Source of the DNA: Dictyostelium discoideum | Lineage: Eukaryota | DNA length: 64,000 nucleotides | Reading direction: 5' to 3' | Assembly: GCA_000004695.1 (NCBI GenBank) | Contig: CM000151.3 | Span: forward strand, 7,776,001-7,840,000 | Shown here: positions 1-18,000 of the stretch, in pieces | How positions within the stretch are numbered: position 1 is the stretch's first letter | How the letters are laid out: each line of letters opens with the position of its first letter | The notes under the pieces: model-generated | Told to the model about the DNA's origin: nothing | Databases searched by the model: none | Seen by the model: the letters and a program-made list of their open reading frames with translations, nothing else | Translations under genes and position numbers: made by a program

Positions 1-793
1 AATACTCCTCTGATGGACAATTAATATATGCAAATGATGTACCTGGTGATGGTTTGGTAAGTAGTTCCTCTGGATATACCATTCTTGGATTTTCACGATC
101 TTCATTCATAACTGGTTTTCTCTGTGCGACCAATTGTTGAATCTTTGATTGTTTGGTAATTTTTAAATCTCTTGCTTTATTACTATCGAATCTACCCATC
201 ATTTTTTTAGAATGGAAAATGTAACATATCTTTTCATCTGTTGGTTCACTAACTATACTTGATTCTTCTTCTTGTTGTTGTTGTTGTTGTTGTTGTTGCT
301 TTCGTTTTTGGTGTTGTCTTTGTGGTTTATGTGATTGTTGTAATTGTTTTTGTAATTGTTGTCGTTTTCTATGTTCTGGTGTTAAGAATGGTATTGCTAT
401 AACTTTGAATACTCCATCCTCAATCATATAATTTTCACTATCTGAAAACTCTATAATCTCAAGGTTTTTAATATATTGAAAACATCTTGATATTTTAAAT
501 AGTTTTTTAATTCCAGGTGGTCCATATATTTGAGTGTTGGTTGGAAATGTTGTAAATGATAAACCTATACCAAAAATACCACCAATATCTTTCCAATCAA
601 GTGATGTTAATAAAATTTTACGTGTTTTATTAAATGATAAACCATCTTTACCAAGTAATGATCTTAATGTTGATTCTGATGGATCAATTAAATATCTATC
701 ACCAATTTCTGAAAATACATATGTACATGATAAATTTGAACCATTAAATATAGTTTCAACAAATGAAACACCTAATGCATAATTCCCTCCCAT
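1..793 (-). CDS. tRNase Z (ELAC2-like long form), N-terminal part; ATG at 793..791, gene continues past the window start
   Basis: Reverse-strand translation MGGNYALGVSFVETIFNGSNLSCTYVFSEIGDRYLIDPSESTLRSLLGKDGLSFNKTRKILLTSLDWKDIGGIFGIGL... matches the ELAC2 N-terminal pseudo-MBL region (human '...YLFNCGEGVQRLMQEHKL...IFLTRMHWSNVGGLSGM'); followed by a Q-rich low-complexity stretch. Confidence 0.65.
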   Translation of the reverse strand, partial: MGGNYALGVSFVETIFNGSNLSCTYVFSEIGDRYLIDPSESTLRSLLGKDGLSFNKTRKILLTSLDWKDIGGIFGIGLSFTTFPTNTQIYGPPGIKKLFKISRCFQYIKNLEIIEFSDSENYMIEDGVFKVIAIPFLTPEHRKRQQLQKQLQQSHKPQRQHQKRKQQQQQQQQQEEESSIVSEPTDEKICYIFHSKKMMGRFDSNKARDLKITKQSKIQQLVAQRKPVMNEDRENPRMVYPEELLTKPSPGTSFAYINCPSEEY

Positions 794-1200
794 TTCTTTT
801 TATTACTATTTATTAAGTTTTTAGTTTTTTATTTCTTAAAAAAAAAACAAATAACTGATAATAATAATAATAATGAAAAAAGAAAAAAAAATTAGAAAAA
901 AAAAAAAAGTTAAAATTGAAAACGAATTGTAAAAAACGAAAAAAATAAAAAATAAAAAAAAACAAAATAAAATTAAATTAAAAAATAAAAAAAAGTAAAA
1001 AAACGAAAAAAAAAAAAAAATATCATAAATTAAATTAAAAAAAAAAAAGATTTTAAAATAATAATAAATTAGTAATTACAATAATTTTTTTAAAATTTAT
1101 TATACTAAAAAAAAATATAAAATGATTAATCAATTTACCCAAAAGTTGGATCAAATAATTTATTTTATTTTTTTTTATTTTTTTTTTTTTTCAAAATTTT

Positions 1201-1237
<37 letters not shown>

Positions 1238-1376
1238 CAAGTCATGACATACCCCTAAATTAAAATTTTTTTATTTTTTATTTTTTTTTTTTTTTTCATT
1301 TTCAATTTGTTAATTAATAAATTCAAATTGAAATTCATATATTCATAATATAAATAAATAAATAAAAAAAATCAAA

Positions 1377-2183
1377 ATGAGTGAGATGTTAATGTTAACA
1401 AGTTCAGATTCAATTGAAATCAATAGATATGAAGAAGGTATAAGAAATAGTGGTAGATCATTTAATTGGGTATTGGTTAGAGATACACTAAGATTCTTAA
1501 GAAAGAGTAAAATACGTAAATCAAATCTTGTTTCAAAGTATGGTTTAAAATTAGTTACGCAATATTTCAATAAATTAGAAGATCAAGAAGGTTATGATAC
1601 AATTGAACAAGTGATTGTAGCTTGTTTAGATTGTGGTGATCATACAAATCCAAAGAAACTTTTCGAACAATTAAAATCAAAATTTGGTAAAGATAGTGTA
1701 CGTGTCCAAAGAATTCATGCATTATGTCTAGAATCAAATAATCAGTTAGCTGAAGCTTTACAAATTTTTGAATCAATTTTAAAAAAGTATCCATCTGATG
1801 CTGTATGTATTATTTATTAATAGATTAATTTATTAATTGATTAACTACTTACTTACTTTTTTTCAATATTAATAAATAGTTAAGTATGAAAAGACAAGTG
1901 GCAATTTTTAAAGGACAAGGAAATTTGAGTAAAGCAATTCAAGTTTTAAATGCATATCTTCAAATATATATGTGTGATTTAGAGGCATGGTTAGAGTTAT
2001 CATCATTTCATATTTCATATCTATCATATAGCACTGCATTATATTGTTTAGAAGAGGTTTTATTAAATGCTCCAATTAATTTTGTTTTTTATATTAAATA
2101 TGCTGAAGTATGTAATATTTTTTTTTTGTTGTTTTTTAATTTCAAACTAAAAAAAAAATATTAATAATAATCAATTATTTTTA

Positions 2184-2226
<43 letters not shown>

Positions 2227-2542
2227 GCCTTTATATTGTTTAGGTGGTAATGAAAATTATAATAGTGCAGTTCAATATTATACACATGCATTGGAATTAA
2301 ATTCACCAACTGAAATGGATAAACTTGATCATCCACCAACATTTTTACCTGCCATTTATGGTATTATCATGTCAATTTATTCATTATGTGAGGAAGGTTA
2401 TCAATTAAAAGAAAGTCAACTCAAACTTATGGAATGGGCTCAAAATAATTTATTAACCATCACAAAGAAATACTCTTCAAATGATAAAATAAACCTTGTA
2501 AAACATTTCATTGATTCAACTGATATCTTTAATAAAGAATAA
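1377..2542 (+). CDS. ER membrane protein complex subunit 2 (EMC2/TTC35, TPR protein); join(1377..1802,1880..2142,2228..2542)
   Basis: Exon 2 'KRQVAIFKGQGNLSKAIQVLNAYLQIYMCDLEAWLELSSFHISYLSYSTALYCLEEVLLNAPINFVFYIKYAE' and exon 3 'GGNENYNSAVQYYTHALELN' track human EMC2 '[41 protein letters not shown]...[42 protein letters not shown]'; GTATGT donors, AT-rich introns ending ..atag. Confidence 0.85.
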
Positions 2543-3084
2543 AATATAAATTAATTAAATTAAAAAATAAAATAAAAAATAAACTTTAAATAAAAAAAAA
2601 GTGCTTGAAATAAACTATTTTATTCTTTTTACTTTATTATTAATAGTAATTTAATATTAAAAATTTTAATAATAATAATAATAATAATATGGAACAAATT
2701 GGAATATTATAATAAATTTGGATCTAAAAAAAAAATTTTTTTTTTATTTTTTTTTTTTCCATATTTTAATAAATGTTTTATTTAACATTAAATATTTTAT
2801 TTCCAAATTATTCAACTTTTAATAATTTTTAAAAATAAATAAAGAATAAAAAAAAAAAAAAAAAAATATCCTATGCCATCTTTTTTTTTATTTTTAGAAT
2901 CTATTTATTTTATTTTGTTTTTTTTTCTTTTGTTTTAATATTTTTAATTATTTTTAATTTTTTTTAATCTATATATTTTTTTTTTTTTTTTCTGATTTTA
3001 TTATATAATTTTTTATTTTTAAATTTTTATTTTTATTTTATTATTTAGATTTTAAATATCTAATTCAATCATAAATCTTTTTTT

Positions 3085-3120
<36 letters not shown>

Positions 3121-3174
3121 CAAAATAATTTTTTTTTTTTAAAAAAAAAAAAAAAAATAAAACAATTTTCATTT

Positions 3175-3207
<33 letters not shown>

Positions 3208-3262
3208 CACCAAAGAATAATTATTTGTTTTTAAGTTATAGGTGACTTTTTTTTTTTTTGTC

Positions 3263-6556
<3,294 letters not shown>

Positions 6557-6710
6557 TCATAAAAAAAAAAGAAAAAGAAAAAATAAACAAATAAGTAAAA
6601 AAGTGTTTAAATAAAATTTCATTTATTTTTTTTATTTTATTTTTCATTTTTTTTTATTTTTTTTTTATTGGAATAAAATTTTTTTTTTTTTTTTTATTTT
6701 TTTCTTTCCC

Positions 6711-6742
<32 letters not shown>

Positions 6743-6979
6743 GTATCTTGAGCATTCAAAGACAACGGCCATGAATAATTATTGTTAAATAATAAAATAA
6801 AATAAACAAATAACAAAGGTTCTTTAGTTCATAGAACCCTTTCATTCAATTAATTAGAACAATTCATTTTATAATTAACAAGAAATAATAATTATAAATT
6901 CATAATAATAATAATAATAAACATCGGTTCCAATTGAAAAAAAATAATAAAATAAAACTCAAAAAAGTAAAACAAACAC

Positions 6980-7024
<45 letters not shown>

Positions 7025-8465
7025 ATGATAGATTATAAAATTAATGAAATTTTAGTTAAACAATTAAATGATGACTATAATTGTTCAATTTGTGTAGATC
7101 CAGTATTAAATAGTTTACCATTAGAACAACATCAAGCACTTTCTTGTAAAAATGGTCATTTATTATGTCAAGCTTGTTGGGGTAAACAATTAGCATTAAG
7201 AAAAGAATGTTGCATTTGTAAAATAAAAGTTGAAAGTATTAGCGAACTTTGTAGAAATATGTATGTATATAAAAAGTTATAATTTCATTGTTTTTTTTTT
7301 TTTTTTTTTTTTTTTTTCCTTTATTAATTATTATTTTTTAAAAAAAAGATTTTTAGAAAAAGGATTTAGAAATAAAAAAGTTCATTGTCCAAATGGATTT
7401 GAAAATTTTAAAGTTGATGAAAAGTTAATAAAAGATGAAAGTGATGGATGTAAATCAGTGATAACTATAGATCAATTAGAATCTCATCTTAGGGAATGCG
7501 AATTTGTATTTATAGAATGTCCAAATGATCCAATTAGATGTAAAGATAAATTTAGAAAGAATCAAACCGATAAACATATGAACAAATGTCAATATGTTAC
7601 AATCAATTGCGAACATTGTAAAGAACCAGTGATAAAGAATGATATGCCAACACATATCGAGAATGATTGTTCCATCATCTCATTGGAATGCGAATTTTGT
7701 AAAGATAAATTTGGTAGACGTTCATTAGAGAACCATATAGCTAATGAATGTCCAAACGTAGTTATCGATTGTCCTCATAAAGAGGGTGGTTGTACTGCTA
7801 GAATCAAGAGATGCTATCTTTCACAACATCTCACCGAAGAAGATAACCATATCAGATATATGCAAAAAATCATTGAAAAACATAGAATTCAAGTAGAGGA
7901 ATCAGATCGTATCATTAAGAAACTTCGAGTCGACTATAAAGAATTGGAAAAACGTGTAGAGATTACCTCTCGTTACAAAGGAAATTGGACCATTGAAAAT
8001 TGGTCTCAAAAACTCACTCACTATCCAAATAATGAACGCTTAAAATCCCCTTACTTTTGTATTGGTTCAAAGAGTTTTTATGTTGGTTTATATCCAAATG
8101 GTTTCAATCAAACAAATGCTGGTTTCATGAGTATCTTTTTACATCTCTATGAAAAACCTTCAACTTCAACCACTGTCGTTAGATTTAGTTTTGAATTATT
8201 ACATTCAGATCCAACAAAATCTTTAAAATTTGGTAATTATATTATTATTATTATTATTATTTTGTTTTTAAATACAATTTATTTATTTTACTTACAAAAT
8301 TTTATTTATATAGAAAAATCAAATAAATATACTGAAAATAAAGGTAGTGGATTTAGTCAATTTATAGATATAAAAATGATTAATAACTTTATTATTGATG
8401 GAAAACTCACAATTAATATTGATGTTGAAGTTATACCACCAAGTAGTTCATTGGTTACAAAATAA
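7025..8465 (+). CDS. TRAF-like protein: RING finger + TRAF-type zinc fingers + C-terminal MATH/TRAF-C domain; join(7025..7260,7349..8232,8314..8465)
   Basis: RING 'CSICVDPV...CKNGHLLCQACW...CCICK'; repeated 'C..C...H...C' TRAF zinc fingers (HCPNGF, ECPNDPIRC, NCEHCKEP, ECEFCKD, DCPHKEGGC); coiled coil, then MATH-like 'WTIENWSQKL...YFCIGSKSFYVGLYPNG'; phase-consistent GTATGT/GTAATT donors. Confidence 0.8.
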
Positions 8466-8935
8466 AAAATATCTGAAAAAAAAAAAAAATAAAAAATAAA
8501 ATTTGTTTTTTTTTTTTTTTTAAATGTTAAATTTCAATAATACCAACAAAACTCAAAGAGAAATAATTAATTTGGATATGGAAATAAGTAATACCCTTAA
8601 CTGTAATAATTATTTTCAAATCCAGTTTTTTTTTTTTTTCAACTCAAAAAATAATTTATTTTACAAACCTAAATTGCCAATTTTCAGTTTTTTTTTTATT
8701 ATTATTATTATATTAAATTAAAAAATTAATAAAATTAAATATATTAAAGTGTAATTTTGTTAAATTCTTGGTAAATTTTATTTATTTCTTTTTTTTCATT
8801 TTTTATATTAATAATCAATTATTTTTATTTTTTTTATTTTTTTTTTTATTTTTTTATTTTTTTTTTTTTTTGTGAAGTTTCAAATTTTTTTTTTTTTTTT
8901 ATTTTTTATATGTAAAAAAAAAAAAAAAGAAAATA

Positions 8936-10053
8936 ATGGATAATAATAATTCAAATAATATTAAATTAAAGAATAATTTTGAAAAAAGGTTTCAAGAGAT
9001 TGAAAATGAATTAAGAGATAGTCATATTGGATTAGATGAAAACTTTTATACATCAATAAATGATAATATTGGTATTAGTAAATTAATTAGATTATCAAAA
9101 TCAATATATATAGCGAAAGATGATGATAATGATGAAAACATTGATAAAGAGAAAGAGACTCAACAACATCAAATATTTACAACACAAGAATATGAAAATG
9201 GTATTGAAATTCATGATATAAATAATAGATTAGTATTCTTTTGTTCAGATTATTTATGGAATTGTGAAAATCATATAAAATCATTATTAAAGATTTATTC
9301 AATTAATAACTGTATAATTTATTGTGGTCTATCTGAACTTGCACATATTAGTCATCCAAATTCTTCAAAATCAAAATCAAAATCAATTAATAATTTACCA
9401 AACTTTCAAAATTTTAAAAATAAATTCATTGAAAAAATGAAATTATCTTTTAAAAAAGAAAATCAAGATATCAATCATGATGGTCATGATGATGATGATG
9501 ATGATGAATATTATCAAGATGAATTACCAGATATATCATGTACAATTAAATATTTCCCTTTATGTTATAGTCAACCATTTAAAAATTTCTTTACTATTCC
9601 AATTCAAAAATCATTATTTCCTTCAAATTATTTTATTAATGATTTAAAGTAAGTTTTTTATTATTGTTTTATTTTAATATTTATTTCTTATTTTATAAAT
9701 TACTAATATAAAAAAAAAGATTAAATGAATATAAATTAAATAAAATGCCAGAAGAAATTCAAGATAATGTTCATAAAAGTATTTATTCATTTTTATCATT
9801 TTTAAATGAAATGAAATTGGGGTCAGTGTCAGGAGAAGATTTAAATATCTATCCAATTGGACCATTTTCAAGTTATTTAGCACATGAAATTCAAACCACC
9901 TTAGCCACTATAACAAATCAACAACAAGATGATTATCATCCAATATCTTTATTATTAATTGATAGAACTTTAGATTTAGTTGGTCCATCATTACATTCTG
10001 AAAATTCAATGGATAGAATTTATTTTTCAACTACAACACCATTAAATAAATCA

Positions 10054-10103
<50 letters not shown>

Positions 10104-11721
10104 TCAACTTAATAATTATCAACCAATAATTAATATTGAAACATTTTTTGATAATGATAATAAAATAGTTAGTGAATCAAGTATTAATGAATGTCCAAGG
10201 ATTATATCAACAATTAATGGTAGTGATATTGAACGTCATCAAAATCTTGATAATACCAACAACAACAATACCAGTGGTGAAAGTAGTGTTAGATTATGGG
10301 ATAGTTTAATTACAAAGAGTTTAAAAGATGTTATAATGATATTAAAGAGAAGATTAGTTGAAATCATTTCAAAAGAGAATATAAATGTTGATATTTCAAG
10401 TATTGCTGGTCCAACTAATATTCAATCTTTAATTGCTTTAGTAAATGTTTTAAAAGATGGTGATAATAATGGCGATTATGATGATAGTGATGATAATGAT
10501 GATGATGGTAATGATGATGGTGATGATAATGGTGATAATCATAATCATATGTTAATGTATAGGTATAATGATATAATAGAAGCTGTTGCTGCAGTTGAAC
10601 AAACTATTAATTTATCATCACAGTTTCATTGGGATCAACTATTATCAATTGAAAAAATTCTATTATTAAGCTCAGGTTATGAATTAGAAGAGGAGGATGA
10701 AGATGATGAAGATGATGAAGATGAAGAAAATGAAGATAATAGTGAACCATCAATACTATCACAAATTTGTGATATAATTGAAACACCAATTAGTGGTGGT
10801 GGAGGTGATGATAAATATTATTCAATTCAAGAGATTTTAATCCTATGTGTTATGGCATATTCAATCAAAGGTTTGACCTCAAAATTATCTCAAAAACATT
10901 TAAATTCATTATCATCTTTAAATATTAGCAATAGTGTTAGTAATAATAATAGTAGTAATAGTAATCTCAGTGGTAGTGGTAGTGTCAATGACAATAATTC
11001 TGTATCAACACTCGAAAAGATACCAATATTCTCAGATTCAGATGAACAAAGATTAATCAATTGTTTATCAGATAAAATTTTAAAGGAAAATATTTATAAA
11101 GATTTAAAATTTTTAAATAGAGAATCAAATAATAATAATAATAACAATGATAACGAAGAAAAAGAAGAAGAAGAAGAAGAAGAAGAAGAAGAAGAAGATG
11201 ATGAAAATATTATTGACAAGAATGAATTAAATGAAATTTTAAAGAAAAAAGTATTAAGTAAACTTAAATCAATTGGAATTATTAGACAAAAATATTTAAA
11301 TGAACATAAATCATTAATAAGTGGTGGTGGTAGTTCAATGATGGGTGCAACTTATTCAAGTTTATTAAGTCAATTGGTGAAATCATTATTTGAGAATAGT
11401 GTTTCAACGGGTGGTAAAGATATTAAAGATTTTGAAAAGTTTAATTCATCCTCTTTGGTTGGTTATCTATTAGGTAAAACAAATTGGATGGGTAGATCAA
11501 AGAAAAGAGAGAAACCATTGGATAATAGAAAGGTTTTAATATACGTTTTAGGGGGTATCACTTTCACTGAACTCAAGGAGTTAACTGATCTCTTTGAAAA
11601 AACTCTAAAATCATCCCAATATAAAGAATTTTCAAATCATCAATTCTTAATTGGTTCAAATCAAATTTTAACACCTTTAAAATTATTTAATCATTTATTT
11701 ATAAATGAAAATAAAAAATAA
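8936..11721 (+). CDS. Sec1-family domain-containing protein (SCFD2-like); join(8936..9648,9720..11721)
   Basis: Sec1/Munc18 signature 'ISLLLIDRTLDLVGPSLHSE' and C-terminal 'KVLIYVLGGITFTELKEL'; GTAAGT donor at 9649 and acceptor after 'tactaatataaaaaaaaag' keep the frame; acidic and poly-N insertions. Confidence 0.7.
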
Positions 11722-11827
11722 AAAAATTTTAAAAAAATAAAAAAAGTGAAATTAAAAATAAAAAAAGTCATTAAAATGAAAGTATGTATGTATGTGAACT
11801 TTTATTTGAAATTAAAATGTTTTTTTT

Positions 11828-11869
<42 letters not shown>

Positions 11870-12091
11870 TTTCTTTTTAATTTTTTTTTTTTTTAATTTT
11901 TTATATTTTTCCAAAGAGTAAATTAATTTTGTGTGTGGTGTGCCTTTGATTTGTATTTGTAATAAAAAAAATAATAATAATAATAATAATAATAATTTAA
12001 AAAATAAAAATAAAAATAAAAATCTAAAAATTAAATAATTAGAAATAATAAAAAAAAAATAATAATAAAAAAATATATATAAAAAAACAGA

Positions 12092-12245
12092 ATGATTAGT
12101 GCATTATTCTTAATGAATGGAAAAGGAGAGGTGTTAATATCACGTATCTATAGAGATGATATTAGGTATGTAATTTTTTTTTTTTTTTTTTTTATATTTT
12201 TTTTTATTTTAATTTCATTATTGTTTAATTAAATTATTAATAATA

Positions 12246-12302
<57 letters not shown>

Positions 12303-13756
12303 AAATTATGGTTTTGTAGCCGTGGTGTTGCAAATGCATTCAGATTAGAAGTTATTGGATCTCAAGAAACAAGATCACCAGTAAAATTAATTGGATCAAC
12401 TTCATTTATGTATATTAAAGTTGGTAATATTTATATTGTTGGTGTATCAAGACAAAATGTTAATGCATGTATGGTATTCGAAGTATTACACCAATTGGTT
12501 GACATTTTTAAATCATATTTCGATAATTTAGATGAAGATTCAATTAGAAATAATTTTGTTTTAGTTTATGAGTTATTAGATGGTAAATATATTTTTTTTA
12601 TTTTATTTTTTTTTAAAATTATTTATTTACTAATCTTTTTATTTATTTAAAAAATAATAGAAATTTTAGATTTTGGTTACCCACAAAATTGTTCAACAGA
12701 TGTATTAAAACTTTATATTACTCAAGGTCAAGGAAAATTAAAATCACTTGATAAAGTATGTATAAAACTAATGGAAAAGAAAAAAAAAAAAAAAACTTTA
12801 TTTTTTTATTTGATTTATTAATTAATTAAAAATAAATAAATATAAAATTTTTTTTTTAAAAAAAAAAGTTAAAACAAGATAAAATTTCAAAGATTACAAT
12901 TCAAGCAACAGGTACAACACCATGGAGAACACCAGATATTAAATATAAGAGAAATGAACTTTATATTGATGTTGTGGAGAGTGTAAATTTGTTAATGTCA
13001 GCAGAAGGTAATATATTAAGAGCAGATGTATCAGGACAGGTTATGATGAAATGTTTCCTTTCTGGTATGCCAGAATGTAAATTTGGTATGAATGATAAGG
13101 TTATTATGGATAGAGAGAAATCAACAAATGGTGGTAGTGCCGCTAGAAGTGGAGCACGTCGTGCAAATGGTATTGAAATCGATGATATTACATTCCATCA
13201 ATGTGTACGTCTTGGTAAGTTTGATAGTGATCGTACAGTAAGTTTCATTCCACCAGATGGTGAATTCGAATTGATGCGTTATCGTACCACTGAACATATC
13301 AATCTACCATTCAAAGTTATACCAATCGTTAGAGAGATGGGTAGAACTCGTTTAGAGTGCTCCGTCACTGTTAAATCAAATTTTAGTAGTAAAATGTTTG
13401 GTGCAAATGTTAAAGTAATCATTCCAACACCTAAAAATACCGCTGTCTGTAAGATTGTCGTTGCAGCTGGTAAGGCTAAATATATGCCAGAACAAGATGC
13501 TATCATTTGGAGAATTAGAAGATTCCCTGGTGATACTGAATTCACTCTCAGAGCTGAAGTTGAACTTATGGCATCCGTTAATCTCGATAAAAAAGCTTGG
13601 TCACGTCCACCAATCTCTATGGAATTCCAAGTTACTATGTTCACTGCCTCTGGTTTCTCTGTTCGTTTCCTTAAAGTCGTTGAAAAAAGTAATTATACAC
13701 CAATTAAATGGGTTAGATATTTAACAAAAGCTGGTACCTATCAAAATCGTATTTAA
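12092..13756 (+). CDS. apm2: AP-2 adaptor complex mu subunit; join(12092..12165,12320..12582,12661..12755,12869..13756)
   Basis: Near-colinear with human AP2M1: 'MISALFLMNGKGEVLISRIYRDDI', 'NAFRLEVIGSQETRSPV', '[21 protein letters not shown]', 'SGMPECKFGMNDK', 'FHQCVRLGKFDSDRTVSFIPPDGEFELMRYRT', '...IKWVRYLTKAGTYQNRI*'. Intron 1 holds an A59 tract (12241..12299). Confidence 0.9.
12241..12299. repeat. A59 homopolymer in apm2 intron 1
   Basis: 59 consecutive A residues between the GTATGT donor and the ttttgtag acceptor. Confidence 0.95.
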
Positions 13757-14151
13757 AAGAAAATAAAAAAAAAAAAAAAAAGAAAAAACAAACAAAAAAT
13801 AAATAAATAAATAAATAAAAATTAAATAAAAACAAAAAAATAATAAAATATCTAAAAAAATAAGAAATAAAAAAAAAATATCTAATCGTTGGAAGCAAAT
13901 TCTTATATTTTTTTTATTTTTTTTTAATATTTTTTTTTTCTTTGAAGAATTTTTTTTTTTTTTATTTCGATCTCTGATCATTTTTATGATATTTTCAAGA
14001 TATTTTTAGATATTTTTTTTATTGTTTTTTTTTATTTTTTTTTTTTTTATTTTTTTATTTTCTTAAGAATTGTTTTTAAAATTTTTATTTTTTGTTTTAC
14101 ATTATTTTTATTTTTTTTTGTAACAATATTTAAAGAGCAGAATAAAATAAA

Positions 14152-14605
14152 ATGAAATTTATTTTATTTTTTATAATTATATTTTATTTAATTTCATATA
14201 TTAATTGTATAAAATTGGAATTAACAGATATTACTTATAATGATTTAGGAGTATCAACACCTTATCAACACAATAGGAATCCAGATGATCTTACAGGAGT
14301 AGCCTGCTCTTTTTATTTAATGTTTTATGCGGTGGATATTGAAGATACAATTAATTCGGGTGAAGCAATTAATTTTACTTCTCAAAATTATCCTGGACCA
14401 TTTTTACATCAATTATCAAATAAAACAGCCAAAATCACTCAATATGATATTTCTATCCCAATAGGGTCAACCATTTTAGATGTTATAGCCCAATATGAAA
14501 ATGCACAGACTTCAATTAATGTAACATTAAATTGTCATGGTAAATATATATTTTCTAACAAATAAATTAATTAATTAATTAATTAATTTATACAAAATAT
14601 GTACT

Positions 14606-14641
<36 letters not shown>

Positions 14642-15011
14642 CATCATAACTATAGAAAATGATTTCAGTAAAATTACAGTCAAAGTTTTTAAAAACTCAA
14701 TTGATTTTAGACCACTTTTTCCTTACCCAGCATTAGTTAAATTACAAGGTCCATTTTATAATAATATTAGGTCAATATCTGCTGTGGGTATTCCTTATGG
14801 GATTAGCTCATTTCTTGTTTTTACAACCCAACCCTATCTTATAGATAGCTTCAATATTACTATTGAATTTATTAATTCAAATGCACTAAATATAACTATC
14901 CCACAATTTTTTGAATGTAAGAATTTATTTTTAATATTTTTTTATTTATTTAATTTGGTTAAATTATTAAAATAATTTAACAATTATTAATTACTAAATA
15001 TTATTTTTTTG

Positions 15012-15065
<54 letters not shown>

Positions 15066-18000
15066 TAATATAAATAATGATATAATTTTAAATAGATTTC
15101 CAAATCAAACACAATTTTATGAAATGGGAAGATATTATTCTCCTTTGTATACTATATCTTCATCTGGTGATTTACCAATTTATAGAACAAATTCTGTGAA
15201 TTCTGTAAATCCAAAAGCAATATATGGTTCACCTAATAATTACACATTTATAGGTTCAGTAACCGAACCAGATTCAAATAAAAAATTTTTTTTACAAACA
15301 TTAAATGGAAATAAATTTGAAAATATTACAACCAATCTTTTTACAACAATAAATGGTATGTATATATGAATTATTATTATTATTATTTTATAAAAAAAAA
15401 AAAAAAAAAAAAACTGTTTTTAATAATTAATTTTTTATTTTAAAAAAAAGTTCTCCCATTTTATAGAATACCATTACTTGCTGATTTTACCTATAGTACC
15501 TCAACAGATTTATCAACAATGTTCACAGCATACTATGATTCATCCTCAAAATATGATTTTTCAACAATAAAATATACTCTTAAAGAATACAATTTAAAAT
15601 TAGCATGGCCATTTGGATTTGAAAATGGAAATAATAATGCCCATAAGTTAATTGTATCTTTTCCATTTTCCAATTATTCATCACAATATTATGATACATT
15701 TAGTGTTTCTGTTATTAGTGGTTCTGTTTTGGGAGAGTTAATCCCTGTTAATTTGGGTAGGTATTTTATTATATTTTAATTTTTATTCTTATTTTAATTT
15801 AAAATTATCACTTCTACTAACTTCTTTTTTAAAAAAAAATTATTAAAGTAACAACAAACCCTCTAAAAATTTTATCTTTTGAAATAATTTATTTATATGA
15901 TTTTAATGTTTTGGTAAAGGTAAAAATTAATTCAAATGTTTCATATAAATATGAAGAGTTTTCTTATATAGATATTTTGGGTGAAAAGTTTGGATATGAT
16001 AAATGTGTTTCAAATGAAGATCAAAATCCATCATTTGAAATTCTTGTTAATTCATGGAATTTATTTGAAAAAATTGAAATTAGTGATTTATCTGGTTATA
16101 TAATAACATATGATATGGGCTCATTTGTTGATATAAATCCTCCAAAAAGATTAATGCATCCATTAGTTATGGCTGGTATGTATAAACAAAAAAAAATTGT
16201 ATAAATAAATTAATTATTTTTACTAATTGTAATATTTTTTTTACAATTAATAGAAAATGATATTTTTTCAATTGAAAATGTTACATTTTTATATAATAAT
16301 TTAAATGTTATAGATAAAAATGTTCCAAACGTTATGTCATTTAATTATAGTGATGTAACCAATACTAGAAAACCATTTGGTCTTTACATTTTAGATGAAA
16401 CATCAGGATTTTTAAATAAATATGATGAAAAATCTGTATTTTTCTCAAAATGGAACCCTATAAAAAAAATGTATGAAATTGAATTTTTTGTTGGAGCAAA
16501 TTCAAGGGAAGGTGTTTTACCTTGGATGTTAATGGGTGGTAATAATAATGCAGGTCTTATAAATTCATTTTTACCACATTCTTGTCAACTTTTTATAAAT
16601 CAATCGAGTAAGTTTAAAATTATATTATTCAATAATTAAATAATTATTTTTATTTTTATTGACATTTATTTATTTTTTTTTTTTATTTATGTAAAAAAAA
16701 AAAAGAATTTGATGCATATGGTCCAATTTTTACAAATATTACTAAAACTAGTAGTTATGGATTAAAACCAGAATTATTAGTTGATTGGGAATTCCATATT
16801 AGAGATGAAGTTAACGGATTTGAAAGAGGTTATATTGAAATTAGAGGCGATTTTGATAGTTCCTTATATAGATTTACATTTACAAATGCAAATTTAAGAC
16901 AAGGTGATATCTATAATGGAGTATACATTTATACTCAAATTATTTCATTGAATAATGTATGTAATATTCAAAATTATACTATTACAAATGTTGAATTATA
17001 TGATCGATTTGGTAATTCTGCAAAGTTTAGTACTATTTCAGAAAGAGTTGATGTTGACCCAACAAGAAATCCTTTTATTTTATTTGGCGATGATCCAAAT
17101 ATAAACAAATTCCAAACTGATTGCAATGATACAGTAGATGACTATCCTCCAAAATTATTATCATTTTCATTTGAAAATAGGATGGAAACAACTCAATCAA
17201 TATTATTTTCATTTTCAGCTCAATGTATTGATAGTGGTATTAAATTCGCACAATACCCAATAGTTTATGCAACTTCAAGCCAATTCAAAACAGTTCAATG
17301 TATTTCTTATATAGATTTTTACAATACCACATATGCCTTGTATTCTTGTCATATGGATATTCCATTTGGTTTCGGATATAAAAATGAAATTTTATTCAGT
17401 GTTTATGGATTTATAAATAATGGCGGATACTTTAGTGGTTTCTCAACAGAATATTTGAAAACTAATTCTTTTCCATATTCAATTTCAAATATTCCGCTTT
17501 ATAGAAAGTTATCAGTTGAAAAAACAAGTTCAATTACAAATAAAGGTGGTGATTTATGGATTATTGGTAGAGAATTTGATATTAACAGTTGGGTATTTGT
17601 ACTATATACTGATGGTAAACCCAACGATTCTTTATATCCAAAAGAACTTCATTCAACTGCAATTCTTGTTAGTGGAATTAAACCTACTATACACCCTTTT
17701 ACAATTCAAGTAAGACATATTACAAATGGTACATTAGCTTCAAACAATTATAGAGTTGACCCTCTCATTTTTATATATCCTGAAGATTCATCTTCAACTT
17801 CTTCAACTTCTTCATCCTCAACCTCTTCATCTTCTAGCTCATCATCATCATCATCATCATCATTGTCATCATCATCATCATCAAATGAAACTACGCCTAG
17901 CCCAACATCATTACCAACAAATGCTCCTCAAAAATGCAAAGGAAATCCAATTTGTGGTGGTTTAAATGGATATTGTTCATCTAGTGGTTGCGTTTGTTAT

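Noticed and set aside
3242-3262. ORF-track start 'MTFFFFVM' at 3242 (and 534, 46157, 54570, 58436 and others)
   Set aside because: The track translates GTG/TTG as Met. The real eukaryotic start is the downstream ATG (3263), or the segment is an internal exon.
13279-13644. 121-aa antisense ORF inside apm2 (also 13455..13724 +)
   Set aside because: It lies within the strongly conserved AP-2 mu exon 4; antisense or alternate-frame artefact.
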